Shown: in pieces, positions 35,481-48,290 of the stretch
Layout: each line of letters opens with the position of its first letter
Numbering within the stretch: position 1 is the stretch's first letter
Source: Octopus bimaculoides
Taxonomy: Eukaryota
NCBI RefSeq assembly: GCF_001194135.2
Contig: NC_068990.1
Location: 84,249,070 to 84,313,069 of the forward strand
Reading direction: 5' to 3'
DNA: 64,000 nt
The notes under the pieces: model-generated
Seen by the model: only the letters and a program-made list of their open reading frames with translations
Database searches by the model: none
Told to the model about the DNA's origin: nothing
Program-made: the position numbers and the translations under genes

Positions 35481-38336
35481 AGTCCTTACTGAGGTCACTG
35501 TGTGTTATATTGACCCGCTTTGAGTTTGACTTAATAAGGTTGATTCAGAATATAAACTTTTCTCACAATATTCCACCGTGAGAAATTAATATGTCACAAA
35601 TGCATACTGCAATTTGTTATATTTGACTCTTGTCTCTTGCTTGAAAAGGTTTGCCATTTTGAATGTTTATGTTATTTCCGAAATTATAAGATGACTGATG
35701 AAATTCTGTGCCGTCATACTTTACTGAGGTTGCCCTTATCTGTTTTTATCAAATGAACCATATATCATACTCCCTCTCTTCTCTTTATGGATAACAGTTT
35801 ACTTCACAAAGGTCTTTCAGTTGCAATTTGTTAGTAACTTAGTAACCCCTCATCTGGCTTAGTCATTAGGGGCCTCTCCTACCATCCCCTCAAATCATTT
35901 ATTGAATAATTAGCTTGAATAATTTAGAGTGAGTTCCTGGAAAAGTCACTTTCCCACTCACTGACTCATTTTAAGTAGTTATAAATAAGTACCATGAGGC
36001 TATGGAGGCTCAGAAACTCCCTTCTTGTTCGTATTTTCTTCTCAGCCACTGATTGGCAAACTGAACGACATTCTTATCTAGCTGTACCTTTAACTCTTTG
36101 CCAGGAAAGTGTGACAAGGCCATGTGCCTTCAGTACTAATTGATAAAATAACAATCATCATCGTCATCACATTTTCAAGTTATAGTCACCTGGATTAACT
36201 TGATTGCATTTTCTTATTATTTCAATATAATCTCATACAATTCATGATGACATAATGAAAAAGAAAGAAAGAAAGAAAGAAAGAAAAGAAAAGAAATAAA
36301 GACAAGCAGAATGATAAAATTCAAACATAAGATACACACATACAGTCACCATGTGTCATAACTAAACAATCTCTTTATTAGATATAAAAGAAAAAAAGAC
36401 AAATGGTTTGTTTATTCATTGCTATGTGGTTAAAAAGTTTGTTTTCCAACCACATAGTCTCAAATTCATCTGCATGGGACCTTGGGTATATATCTTCTAT
36501 TTCAGCATGCAGCCATAAAATACTGCCTCAGTAGGTACCCATCTAGCCCAGGGTTTCTAACCATTTTTTTATCTATGGACCCCTTTGATTACTATTTTAT
36601 TCTGGTGGACCCCCATCACCATTTGATGTATAAAAACTGGTTTTATTGAAACTTCTTTCGGAATTCCTGTCTATTTTTAAAGTCACCTCCATTCTATTTC
36701 TTATTGATGCCATGGGTTGAGCTGTTGTCAAATTTATTTATTGCTTCACTTCCTTGTCTTGTTCTAACTCACTTATATCTGTCCTGAAAATCTCATTTCA
36801 AGTTTTCGTCAATCTGCCATGTGGTTTAAGAAGTTCACTTCCGAACCATGTGGTTTTGGGTTCAGTCCTGCTGTATAGCACCTTGGGCAAGTAGTTTTGT
36901 GAGTGAATTTGATAGATGAGAACTGAAAGAAGCTCGTGTCTGTGTGTGTATGTATTGTGTATACATGCATATGTATGTGTGTATTTTTTTCCAGTGTTCC
37001 TCTTATTCTTTCTTTTTTTAAGACCACGAGAAATTTGGCTGTTATTTCTAATGGACTGACCAACCATATTGGGGCTCTGTCATTAGTGTGTATTCTCTCT
37101 CATTGGCTTGCTTCGAGGTAATTAAGAATGATAATGAATGACTTAGCAACTCATGGCAACCTTTGACTCTTTAGGATATATATGTTTTTAATCACTAAAA
37201 GATGTGATAAAGTTATTTTAGTGTTATCACATGTCATTTATCTTCTTTGATTTTAATTAGTGAGGAAAAGAAAGAAGTTGAGTTGATAACTGAGACACTA
37301 GACTTCTGACTAACTGTATGACAGCATTCATATTTTTTCCTCCAAGTTCTTGGTAGATCAAATCTAGTCAGAACGGACTTTGCCTTTCCTTTGTTCAACA
37401 CACGCGTGCGTGTGTGTGTGTGTGTGAATGTGTGTGTATATGTGTGTGTTAGTGCCTAAATTGTGTGTGTTGGAGAATGTGTCAGTGTATACATCAGGTG
37501 TGTGCATTAGTGTGTGTGTGTGTGTGTATTTGTGAGAATAAAATAGTATGTGTGATGCAAGCATGGCTGAATGGTTAAACAGTTTGTATTACAATCATGA
37601 GGTCTTTGGCTCAATCTCACCGCATAGCACCTTGAACAAGTGTTGTTAACCTAGATCCTGTCAATGAAATTTTGTAGATGGAAACATCATGCAATTCTTG
37701 AAATGGACTTCACCTAAAATTCAAAGAGTCAAAATTGTCACTCACTGTGTCACATAAAATGTGATTCAGATTTATATTAGGTTTATATGAAGAGTCTATC
37801 AGCTGTATGGGTCATTTTACCCCAAAACAGATGGAGATACCAGAGATAAAAACATTCAATAAACAGATAACTGCAATAAATAAATGAAGTGCAGGCATGG
37901 CTGTGTGGATAAGATGTTTGTTTCTCTGCCATGTTGTTTCAAGTTCATTACCATTACATGGCACTTTGGACAAATGTCTTCTGCAATAGCTTTAAACTGA
38001 CTGATGCATTGAGAGTGAAATTTAGTGGAAACTGTATGGAAGTTCAGTGTGTGTGTGTGTGTATGTGTTCATATGTCTTTGCATTGACTCCATTTTAGCA
38101 TAGTGAAGTTACAAAAGCAATATGTCCGGCAGCTCAACAGTTCAACATGTGAAGACCCTGGAATAAAGTACCTTAACATACCATAAGGGTTTGAGTTAGC
38201 AAGGGTATCTGGTCATAAAATACTGCTTCAGTTCATGCAACTACAGAAACTGAACCCGGAACCATGCTGTTCATAAGCAAGCAACTTACCACACACCCAC
38301 TCCTATGCCTATATTTTTTTTATTGTGTTATTTTAA

Positions 38337-38543
38337 CCCTTTTGTTGAACTACATTGCATTTGTTTCAATTAATATTGAAAATAATTAAGAATTTGGTAA
38401 AATATTTAGGTCATTACTAAGCTGCTAATTGGAACATAAATTAGCATGGAATTTGAATGGGAAATTTAAATTTAGATCAGTTTATATAGAAAGTTTGTAT
38501 CATTGAAGCAAGAGCGGTCTTGGGCAGGTTGGTATCAAAAGGG
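38337..38543. mobile_element. piggyBac-like MITE
   Basis: TTAA|CCCTTTTG...CAAAAGGG|TTAG. Confidence 0.6.
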
Positions 38544-39344
38544 TTAGATGTAAAATTTATTCTCCACAAGATAATTCAAGATGAAACACAAAATAAGTCA
38601 CCCAACACTAGAAGGATAAGATATAATACCAGGTTGGAGTTTTACCAGTTCAGAATAAATTCTACTCATATGAAGTATTGACAGCTGGGTCTGTTTGAAA
38701 TGTGTCCAGAATGATGAAATTGTTTCACATGCACTTTATTGTCACAACATGGCTGATCTGAGAAGTTATATTAAACAAGATAAGTTGTTGGTTGAGTCTG
38801 TTGTGAGGATAACACCACCGTCTTCTTTTGCCAGGAAGAGCAGGTACATATTTTTTTGTTTGTCTTTGTGGCTATAGTGAAACAGATTGTATGGTGGATG
38901 AAATTGAAAGACTGAGAACTGACACTTTTTGAACAAACCCTCATTAACTTTTTTCAAGTTCCACTTGAAGAGAAAAGTAGAAGTAGGTGATGAGGTGTTA
39001 TTCTCAGGTGAATTTGCTGGAAGGTGAGTAAGAATAGTAAGAATGCCCTGCTCACACAGTCCTACAGTCAGTATACACCTGTAAGGTGAAAAATACAGCT
39101 GGGAAAGTGCACTTGCCTGAGTATTCTTGAATTTGTGAGGTTTTTTTGATTAGCCTAAAGTAGTTGTTTTCCTATTGGGATGTCTTGTTTGACTTTTCAT
39201 GCTGTTGTTTTCTTGTTGTTTTCTTGTTTATTTTTTCATAATTTTATACGAATCCTTACTGTTTTTGCAATTTGTTGCATTCGTCATCTTTGTGACAAAT
39301 AAAAGGAATTATTATTATTATTATTATTATTATTATTGTTGTTG

Positions 39345-39790
39345 TTGTTGTAAGGACAATAGATTGGTTGAATCAGTAGAGTGTCAGATGAAATGTTTTG
39401 TGATTATGTGTTCTTGCTTTTTACATTCTGAGTTCAAGTCCCACAAAGGTCAACTCAGCCATTTATTCTTCTGGGTTTGATAATATAAACAAAGCATCAG
39501 TCAAGTATTAGGGTTACTGGAATTGACTAAACCCTACCCCACTCTAAATTTCTATCCTTTTGGCCTTTTTGGCCGTTGTTGTTGTTGTTGTTACTGCTGG
39601 CAGTGGATGCTAGAATCATTAAAGCAAGAAACAAAACGTCTTGTGGTATTTGTTCTGGCACTTGATGTTCTGATTTCAAATCCTACCAAAGTCAATTTTA
39701 TCTTTCATCCTTCTGGTCTTGCTAAAGTACCAGTTAATTACTGACTCAATATAATCAACTATTCCCCCTCCCCACAAATTTCTACCTTTG
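39345..39790 (+). mobile_element. Two old SINE family A copies separated by (GTT)n
   Basis: Degenerate A/B boxes and cores. Confidence 0.65.
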
Positions 39791-39897
39791 TTAGAAACAA
39801 TTGTTATTATTGTGATGGCTAAACAGCTAACTGCTAATAATTATATCAATGAGTTTGTAACAGAAAAAACTTACAAATGTTTCTTTCTCTTTTGCAG

Positions 39898-40049
39898 TAA
39901 GGTCGATGGCTATGGGTTTGAACGTTCAGATAGTTTTGACTATGGACTCAATAATGAATTTACATCAACTTATAAACCAATCTTAGAGCGACGAAACAGG
40001 CGATGGAATGACTCAGTTTCCAACTCAAAAGTTCCCCACAACAGAAAAA
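39898..40049 (+). CDS. GRTP1: GRTP1-like exon: (S)KVDGYGFERSDSFDYGLNNEFTSTYKPILERRNRRWNDSVSNSKVPHNRK
   Basis: Acceptor ttttgcag|, donor |gtaagg; 152 nt, phase 2 to 1. D-x-YGFER motif typical of the TBC N-terminus of GRTP1/USP6NL-type proteins. Confidence 0.93.
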
Positions 40050-40086
40050 GTAAGGGTCACCTTTTTGTTTTGTTAAACTATTATTA

Positions 40087-40124
<38 letters not shown>

Positions 40125-40126
<2 letters not shown>

Positions 40127-40339
40127 AGTGGTGAGCTGGTAGAATCGTTAACATGCCTGGCAAAATGCTAAATGATATTTCATACTTCCTTATGTTCTGA
40201 GTTCAAATTCCACCAAGGTTGACTTTAGCTTTCATCCTTTTGGGGGTCAGTGAAATAAGTACCAGTTATGCACTGGAGTCGGTGTAATCGACTAGCCTCC
40301 TCCTACAAAATTTCAGGCCTTGTGCCTATAGTAGAAAAG

Positions 40340-40374
<35 letters not shown>

Positions 40375-40506
40375 GGTAGAAAACTGGCAGAGTCGTTAGC
40401 ACACCAGGCAAAATGTTTAGCGGTATTTCTCCCATCGCTACGTTCTGAGTTCAAATTCCGCCGAGGTCAACTTTACCTTTCATTCTTTCAGGGTCAATAA
40501 ATTAAG
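40125..40506 (+). mobile_element. Tandem SINE family A copies separated by (TTA)n
   Basis: Full copy 40125-40340 and a 3'-truncated copy 40373-40506. Confidence 0.88.
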
Positions 40507-41827
40507 TCCTTTTCTTTTAGAAACTCTCTAGCAGGGGTGTAGTGTAAGGACCTTTCTTCGCCCTGCCTGAGATTTGAAACCAAATCTACCCACTTGTTGC
40601 TTGTCAAAACAAGCAGGAAATCCTCTCCACACCAGATGATTGATGGGAAAACACTTGACCACCAAGGAACTGTGTTGGTCAAGGAAAGGTCAGTCCTTTG
40701 TTGAGGACTAATGCTGGAATTTATGATGAAACCTACCTGGTCCATTCCACTAATGCTGGTGTTGTGACGAATACACCAGATTCTGGATTGGTGATATTAT
40801 GGTATTCGTGGTGGTGTTGTTGTTGTTGTTGATGATGATGATGATGATGTTTGGATTAGATCTTGGGGCTGTTGATTTACAACTATGATAATTTCTGATA
40901 TTGTTGGTGCTATTAGTGCAGTTATTTAACCCCAGGATAACCCTCTGTCTTTATACCTGTGATTGAAAGCATCCCAACTGTAATCACCTTGATTTTTATT
41001 CCAGCAGAGCATGTCCAGGATTATATCATCCAAAATGCCCTGCTTTTTTTTAAAGATGGTAGTGTGTGATTTTGGAGGCATTTGTTTGCTATTTCTACCA
41101 AGTTAAGTGGCTGCATCATGGGTCTCTCGTTGGTTTGAGGCATTGACGATTTTGATGATGATGGTGCTGATTAAGTCTTGGAGCTGTTGACTTCCTTCTA
41201 CAGTAACAACTGGTATTTGCAATATGATGATGATGATGATGACGATGATGATAATGTTACAGTTGATAAAGCCCCTAAGACAGTGTATGTAACATTCAAA
41301 GGCATGTGTCTGTCTGTGTGTCTGTGTGTGATGGGGTAGGTTACTAAACACAGCAAGTGACATGTTTGTTCTTTTCCCTTTGAAATCCTCAATCATGCAT
41401 TCTTTATGGTTTCTTATCTGTCATGTAACACAAGTGCCAAACTTCCAAGTGGTTATTCTATTGTGATTGGCCCATAATCTTTTCAAAGTAGGTCACAAAA
41501 TCCTCACCCGCCATTTTTGTTTGTTTGTTTTAATTTATTTCTTTTTTTTTTCTTCTTTGTAATGGATAACAAACAATATTGTCACCACCACCACCACCAC
41601 CACCACCATCACCACCACCGATTCCACTCCACTCTCTTCACCACTATCCATCCCCTTGAGCATTTCCATTAGCTGTAAATAGCTATCACCACTACCACCA
41701 TCACCACAATCACCATTCATAACACTGTCACCACCAACTCTCTTTCTTAGTCAAGATAGACCAGCAGATCTCCTTCTTTCTCTCTCTCTGTATGTGTATA
41801 TGAATGAATGAATGTGTGTGTGCGTGT

Positions 41828-42210
41828 GTATATATTCTTGTTTCAGTCGTTTGACTGCGGCCATGCTGGATGGAGCACTGCTTTTAGTCGAGCAAATCGA
41901 CCCCAGGACTTATTCTTTGTAAGCCATGCAGTGGGACTGATCCTGGAACCATGTGGTTGGGAAGCAAGCTTCTTACCACACAGCCATGTCTGCACCTTAT
42001 TTATTTATATATATATATATTCTTCTATTCTTTCATTTGTTTTGATCTTTGGGCTGCTGCCCGACTTTGGAGTTTCAGTTGAACAAATCTACCCAGTCGG
42101 TCGTGATTTCAAGTTTGGTATTTATTCTATCACTCTTTGTCAAATCATTAAGTGATAGGGATGTAAACAAACCTACACTGGTTGTCAAGCAATAGTGGAA
42201 CCAACACAAA
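41828..42210 (-). mobile_element. Two SINE family B remnants (one internally deleted, one cut by a Gypsy LTR)
   Basis: Reverse complement of the family B head and tail. Confidence 0.75.
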
Positions 42211-42216
42211 TGTGCA

Positions 42217-42790
42217 TGTATAGATTTAGTTAAGCTATAAACAAATAAATTACCAGAGACCCAGAATGTGTCAGTGAAAGATTTATCCAGTTAAATATAT
42301 AAGGGCCAGTCCATGCCTGCTTAACCAGAAGTCAACTTCACTGCTGACCACCTCCTTAGCTAGCCCACAATGAATTTCTTGTCTATAGTTCATCTGTCAT
42401 AAATCCTTGGACAGTGCCCTACATATTACACCCCTACAGTTCATCTGACATAAGTCCTTGGACAGTGCTCTACATATTGCACCCCACCAGAACTGTTGAC
42501 TGTCATTGTAACAAGGAAGACATTTTAACTGTCCTGCCTGTGCATGTGGTTACTCGGCTCTTTGGTGACTGTTCCTTGCCAAGGGTTGGTGTTATTTGCG
42601 TGGGGTGGCCCCTATTTGGTACTTTAGCTATTTGGATGGGGCTGTCAATATTGAGATGGGCTGGTTTCAACCTATTGATGGAAACTGTGTCTTGTTGTCT
42701 CATCACTCTTGCTGCAGAAGAGATGAAGCAATGACCAAGTGATCCTGATCCCCTGACCAATCTTGGAGGGCAGCAGTTCCAAATAAGAAT
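42217..42790 (-). mobile_element. Gypsy LTR retrotransposon 3' end: integrase C-terminus, PPT and 3' LTR
   Basis: QDTVSINRLKPAHL...TTCTGRTVK; purine tract 42475-42490, then TG...CA LTR 42474-42217 with a TATA-like motif. Confidence 0.78.
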
Positions 42791-43006
42791 TCAGTAAAAA
42801 TAGTACAACTCATCCAAGTCATGGCATCATGGAGAGTGAATGTAAAATGATGTTTAATAATTGGGACAAAAATTTCTCTTATATAATGGAATGAGAAGTG
42901 GAAGTGAAATATAAAAAGTAGGCTAATTTAATTTTCTATTTTAGAATTTCATTTTTTTAGCAGCAACCTTTTTGATTAATTTAATGTTGTGTTTCACCTA
43001 TTTCAG

Positions 43007-43053
43007 TGAAACGCTTCTGTCGGAAAGGAATACCAAATGAATATCGGGCAACA
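43007..43053 (+). CDS. GRTP1: GRTP1-like exon: (M)KRFCRKGIPNEYRAT
   Basis: tatttcag| ... |gtaagt; 47 nt, phase 1 to 0; RKGIP motif marking the start of the TBC domain. Confidence 0.95.
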
Positions 43054-44861
43054 GTAAGTATGAAGTTCAAATTCATTGCATAAATTTTCCTAGCTTTTTT
43101 ATATTTCAAAATGAAATACACAAAAGTTAATTCAATATCAATATTTTTAATAGAACAACAGTAATTCTATTACTAGGTACTGTGGTAAACACACTTGTGG
43201 TACCTCGAGAGTTTCTTCTACCAAGCTTTGGTTTAACCAAATTCTTGTGGGTGAAATTTTGTAGATAAGAATTGTGTGAAAGCTCATTGCTGGGTATGTT
43301 CCAGCACATGAGTAACAGACTTAATCCTTTACCTGGTTTAATAGCACCACCTAATGCTGGGGGGTCTTTAAGTTGACTTTGTTGCAAGCAGTTAAGCCAA
43401 GCTTCTGATTTGGGGATAATTTCCTTTCTTCCTCCTCTACCAGTGACAGAGGCACTGAAAAAGGAGTTATAGATGCTGCCCTTTTTCTTTAATTTTATAG
43501 AAAGTAGAAGAAAATCATATATAAAATGTCTTTTACAGTTCTTAACCTTTCCATAGCCATATTTCTAATGAAATGCACTGATCTTGTGTTCCAATTAATT
43601 TTGAGTGGAACAAGATGTATGGTTTATTTGTTAGTGGAGGTGATGTGTAGAATCTAGTATTGTATCATAAAAGTTGATATTTGTGCATGATATAGTTGCA
43701 TGAAAAATCTGCTACTCCAGTTCAACTAATTTAAACTCTATTTGAATTTTAAATGTTTTATATAAATTTATAATTTTATTGTTATAAAATTTTGACTTTT
43801 CCCTGATTTTCCATTGAACTTTCTCTCTTTGAATTCGAGTTTTTTCCCTTGTTAATATACGAAAAACATTTTAAAAAGCCAGTTGTGAATAAAAGAGTAA
43901 ATACAATGATTTTTATCTATTTATTTTTGATTATTTTGATAAAAGTGAAAACTGACTTGAAAGAATTATTTCCCTTACATACGACATCATTATATATCGT
44001 TTTGCCAGACGTTTACCCATGAATCATGATTAAAACATAAAGAAAACAATAGTCTCAGGCTGTTCAACAACAAGAATAACAACAACAATTACCACTGTTG
44101 ATTGTAGCTCTGTCTGAAGTCAACTAACATCTTATCTAAGCTGTTCCCACCCAATATTAAGATGATTTATATTATTATAAAACCAACATGCTATTGGACC
44201 ACCACAAACTACTCTACTTGTCCTGTGAACTAAACATTCCCTATTGCAGACTGTACTTACACATATATGCTAACATGTGTACTATCTCTCTCTTACTCTT
44301 TCTCTTGCATGCATACATGCACACAATCATATCAAATTTCTCATTATTTCTTATTACTAATTCTTAATTAAGTAAATCCTATTTAAACTGATAACCCTTG
44401 CTATATACATCATCCCTATACATCCCATCCCATCCCACCCCATCCCTTAGACACCACCCTTGCTTCCCCCACTCTCGTCTCACCCACATCCGAACACCAT
44501 CACATCATACACCACCACACCACACACCACCATACCACACCAAACTACATCACACCACCCTGCACACACTAGCACTGACCACTTCCAGCACCTACACCAT
44601 CATCCACACACCTACACATGCACACCAGCCTCCTTCCACACACACATACACGCTCTCACATACACATGCACCTTCGTTTTGGGATCACCACTACTTTATT
44701 ATCCCCCCTTCTTCCTAGCTCTCCTGTGTGACCCCTCTGTCTGGCATTTGCCACGATAGATCGCATTAATCGTCGCCTTAATCATTACCAGCATTGTCTA
44801 AATCATTATCAGCATCGCCTTAATCGTTACCAGCGTCGCCTTCTAGCACTTCTGCTGGTAG

Positions 44862-45182
44862 CACATGAGAAAATCATTTGAGCAAGGTTGTTGCCAGTGC
44901 CGCTGGACTGGCTCTTGTGCAGGTGGCACGTAAAAAACACCATTTTGAGCGTGACCATTGCCAGTACCGTGTGACTGGCCCTTGGTCCGGTGGCACGTAA
45001 AAGCACCCACTACACTCTCAGAGTGGTTGGCGTTAGGAAGGGCATCCAGCTGTAGAAACTCTGCCAAATCAGATTGGAGCCTGGTGTAGCCATCTGGTTT
45101 CACCAGTCCTCAGTCAGATCGTCCAACCCATGCTAGCATGGAAAGTGGACATTAAACGATGATGATGATGATGATGATGATA
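44862..45182 (+). mobile_element. RTE LINE 3' UTR with (GAT)n tail
   Basis: Family match. Confidence 0.9.
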
Positions 45183-45266
45183 TGTGTATATATGATGATA
45201 ATATTGGGGATAAAATCCAAAATTACAGGTAAAAACTCAATTAAAATCAATTTATTAAAAATACTA

Positions 45267-45298
<32 letters not shown>

Positions 45299-45377
45299 GA
45301 TATATATATATAGATATATGATAGGTAATATGTTATGGTTGTGATTGAACTCACTAACCCTTATTTCACACAGTTTC

Positions 45378-45625
45378 AATACACTTGTTTATTGTGCTGG
45401 TATGGTCATGTGTTGCATGTGAATGAGGACAGCTGTCTGGAAAAGTGTCACACCCTGACAGTGGAGGTAACCTGTGGAAGAGATAGGCCCAGAAAAATTT
45501 GGGATGAGGTGGTGAAGCATGACCTTCGAACGTTGGGCCTCATGGAGGCAACGACAAGTATACTGAGTCCTTTGGAGATATTCTGTGCTTGAGAAGACCC
45601 GGCAAGCCAAGTGAGACCATAACTG
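45378..45625 (+). mobile_element. RTE LINE ORF2 C-terminal fragment
   Basis: CWYGHVLHVNEDSCLEKCHTLTVE...GRDRPRKIW. Confidence 0.85.
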
Positions 45626-46135
45626 CCCTCATTCTGATCATGCAGGCAAAGACTATGGGAACCGTTCTCTCTTATTTCTTTCCTTAACCCACTGAAACAC
45701 TAAAGTGAATAAGGTAATGTAGCTGCAATCAGGACCCGAAACCACATTATGGACATAGTTATATCGTTGTGCATGTACTAAACTACAGCACTTAGCTGGA
45801 TGGTTGTGTCTGTTCTACATTGTAAGGCTTTAGATAATAAGAGGATTATCAGTCTGCTATATTATAGGACATACCTAACCAGATAATCATGCCCATGCAA
45901 CACTGAAATGTTTATCGGGTTTAGCAACAGCAATGATACGACATGTGAAAGTTTACAGCTTAATGCTAAGGAACACCTATGTTGCACATCATTTCAAGTG
46001 TTGTGACCATTACTGAACAGCTGGACGTTGAATGGAAACATTTCATGAAAACTCTTCATTGTTGTATTGATATATATTTGCTTTGTTGTATGTGTTTTTG
46101 TATAATTTTGTTTGTAACTGTATATTTTTTTGTAG

Positions 46136-46247
46136 GCCTGGATGTCACTGTCCAAAGCAGACAAATATATGAAGAATAACCCAAGCTTATATCAAGAACT
46201 TCAGTCACAGACTTTGGATTTGAAAGTAGAAGAAAGCATCAAACTAG
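46136..46247 (+). CDS. GRTP1: GRTP1-like exon: AWMSLSKADKYMKNNPSLYQELQSQTLDLKVEESIKL
   Basis: tttttgtag| ... |gtggga; 112 nt, phase 0 to 1; supplies the I of IxxDxxR. Confidence 0.93.
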
Positions 46248-46705
46248 GTGGGAATAATTTTCAAATTAAGCTAATTAGCACTAATATTATCAGCTTAGAT
46301 TGAGTTTTATTGATTATTCTTTCAGTTATATTTATAAAGGAATTTTGAGAGAATTTCATGTTTCTCGAAAGAATAAAACTTTTAATCAATAGTCAGTGGC
46401 CACTCTTAGACAAGGTACAATAGTAGTCAATGACTTTAAAAAGCTATATATCAAGCCTGTCAAATTTAAAGTAGATTAATATGTGGTGTTTATTATCAAA
46501 ACAAATGTTTCTTAGATCATTAGCGCTACTCTTAATCAATTTATAGGCCTGTAGTATATCCTTTCCAGTTATAAAATTCTGCAAAGGTGAGACTCAGTTA
46601 TGCAAGAACTGAGTTATCACCCCCCCCCACAAAAAAAAGACACCAGTTTATTTTAAACAAACGATTTTCCCAAACCAATGATTAGGAATCTGTAGCTTAT
46701 ACAGT

Positions 46706-46857
46706 CATGGAATGGTTGGTGTTAGGAAGGGCATCCAACTGTAGAAACCTGACCAGATCAGATTGGAGCTTGGTGTAGCCTTCTGGCTTGCCAGTCCTGA
46801 GTCAAACCACCCAGCCCATACCAGCATGGAAAGTGGATGTTAAATGATGATGATGAT
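46706..46857 (+). mobile_element. RTE LINE 3' tail, older copy
   Basis: Degenerate family match ending (GAT)n. Confidence 0.8.
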
Positions 46858-46916
<59 letters not shown>

Positions 46917-47240
46917 GTACCTGGTGATGATGATGGTGGTGGCAGATTAAACCATTTGAAATGTGTTTAACCAGAAACCCATAATGAGGTTGACATTTCT
47001 AAAAATATTTCCATATGATTTAAGTCTTAATTTACTTCTTATATCAAGTAAACCTTTTCATGAAAGGCAGAACTGATCAAATTGTAAGGTTATAGAATTG
47101 TCAACAAAAGTTCTGTTTGTAACCCTGTCCAGTTAATTTCCTTTAAAGCTAATTAGCCCAAATCATTGTGTGCATGCATGTGTGTGTGTGTGTTTGTACT
47201 TGCTTGTTTCTTAAATATTGTTTAAATCTCTTTTTCACAG

Positions 47241-47371
47241 ATCTTCATCGAACATTTCCTGAGAATATTTATTTCAGTGACACAAATGATACAGAGAGCA
47301 GCTTACAAGTCCCTCTCTACAACGTTCTCAAAGCCTTAGCAATAAAGAATAAGAAAATAGCATACTGCCAG
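47241..47371 (+). CDS. GRTP1: GRTP1-like exon: (D)LHRTFPENIYFSDTNDTESSLQVPLYNVLKALAIKNKKIAYCQ
   Basis: tttttcacag| ... |gtaaaa; 131 nt, phase 1 to 0; contains the arginine finger (DLHRTFP) and glutamine finger (YCQ). Confidence 0.97.
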
Positions 47372-47559
47372 GTAAAAATTTTTGTTTTCAAATCTTTAAT
47401 ACTAATAATCTTTCGAGGTCAATAAATTAAGTACCAGTGAAACATTGGGGATCGATGTAATCAACTTATTCCCTTCTTCAAAATTTCAAGGCCTCGTGCT
47501 TTCAGTAGAAAGGATTATTATTATTGTAGTTGTTGTTGTTGTTGTTGTTGTTGTTGTTA

Positions 47560-48003
47560 TTATTATTGTTCAGTAGTTTTATTTTTATAACGTGCTTTCA
47601 CTTCACTACCGAGCGCAGCTCTGTGCGCCTTGGGTATGTGCTGTGGTTTGCTGTGGTGCTCTTATGTTTACTGTATTGAAAGTGTTTTGCGTAGAATGTG
47701 TGCAGTACCCAGTAGTGCAATTTTCTGTATGTTATATATATTTGTAAGTCCTGGTGTTTTTGTTATGTATTTGTCTGAATATTTTTTTTATTATACCTAA
47801 GGCACCTACTATGATAGGAATTGTTTCTGTTTTTAGATTCCACATTCGAGTTATCTCTATTTCCAGGTCTTTGTATTTTGAAAGTTTTTCCATTTCTTTT
47901 AGAGAAACGTTGTCATCTGCTGGTATTGATACATCAATTAGAAAGCATTTTTTTTTTCTTCATGATCTTTGACAACTATATCTGGTCTATTTGCCTTAAT
48001 TTC

Positions 48004-48008
<5 letters not shown>
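47560..48008 (-). mobile_element. R4/Dong-like LINE 3' end with restriction-like endonuclease domain, inserted in (ATT)n
   Basis: KEIKANRPDIVVKDHEEKK-CFLIDVSIPADDNVSLKEMEKLSKYKDLEIEITRMWNLKTETIPIIVGALG...LQKIALLGTAHILRK-type motif (PD..D/ExK); stop at 47668-47670; frameshifts in A-runs. Confidence 0.9.
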
Positions 48009-48064
<56 letters not shown>

Positions 48065-48067
48065 ATA

Positions 48068-48290
48068 GGGAGGTGGAAAAGCTGGCAAAATTGTTAGACT
48101 GCCAGGCAAAATGTTTAGCAATGTTTCATTTGTCTTTAGATTCTGTGTTTAAATGTTGCTGAGGTCGACTTTGCCTTTCATTCTCTCGGGGTCGATAAAA
48201 TAAATACCAGTTGAGCATTGGAGTCAATTTAATCAACTAGCCCCCTCATCCAAAATGTCAGGCTTTGTGCCTATAGTAGAAAGGATTATT
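48068..48290 (+). mobile_element. SINE family A
   Basis: Family match with ATT tail. Confidence 0.85.

Noticed and set aside
38959-39023. Extra GRTP1 coding exon with strong GTGAGT donor (FHLKRKVEVGDEVLFSGEFAG)
   Set aside because: Needs a phase-0 upstream exon. Both candidate first exons are phase 2 and would hit TGA at once; at most a UTR or poison exon.
44862-45625. Circularly permuted RTE element (3' UTR before ORF end)
   Set aside because: The two parts are separated by microsatellite and unrelated sequence and differ in divergence; two independent insertions are simpler.
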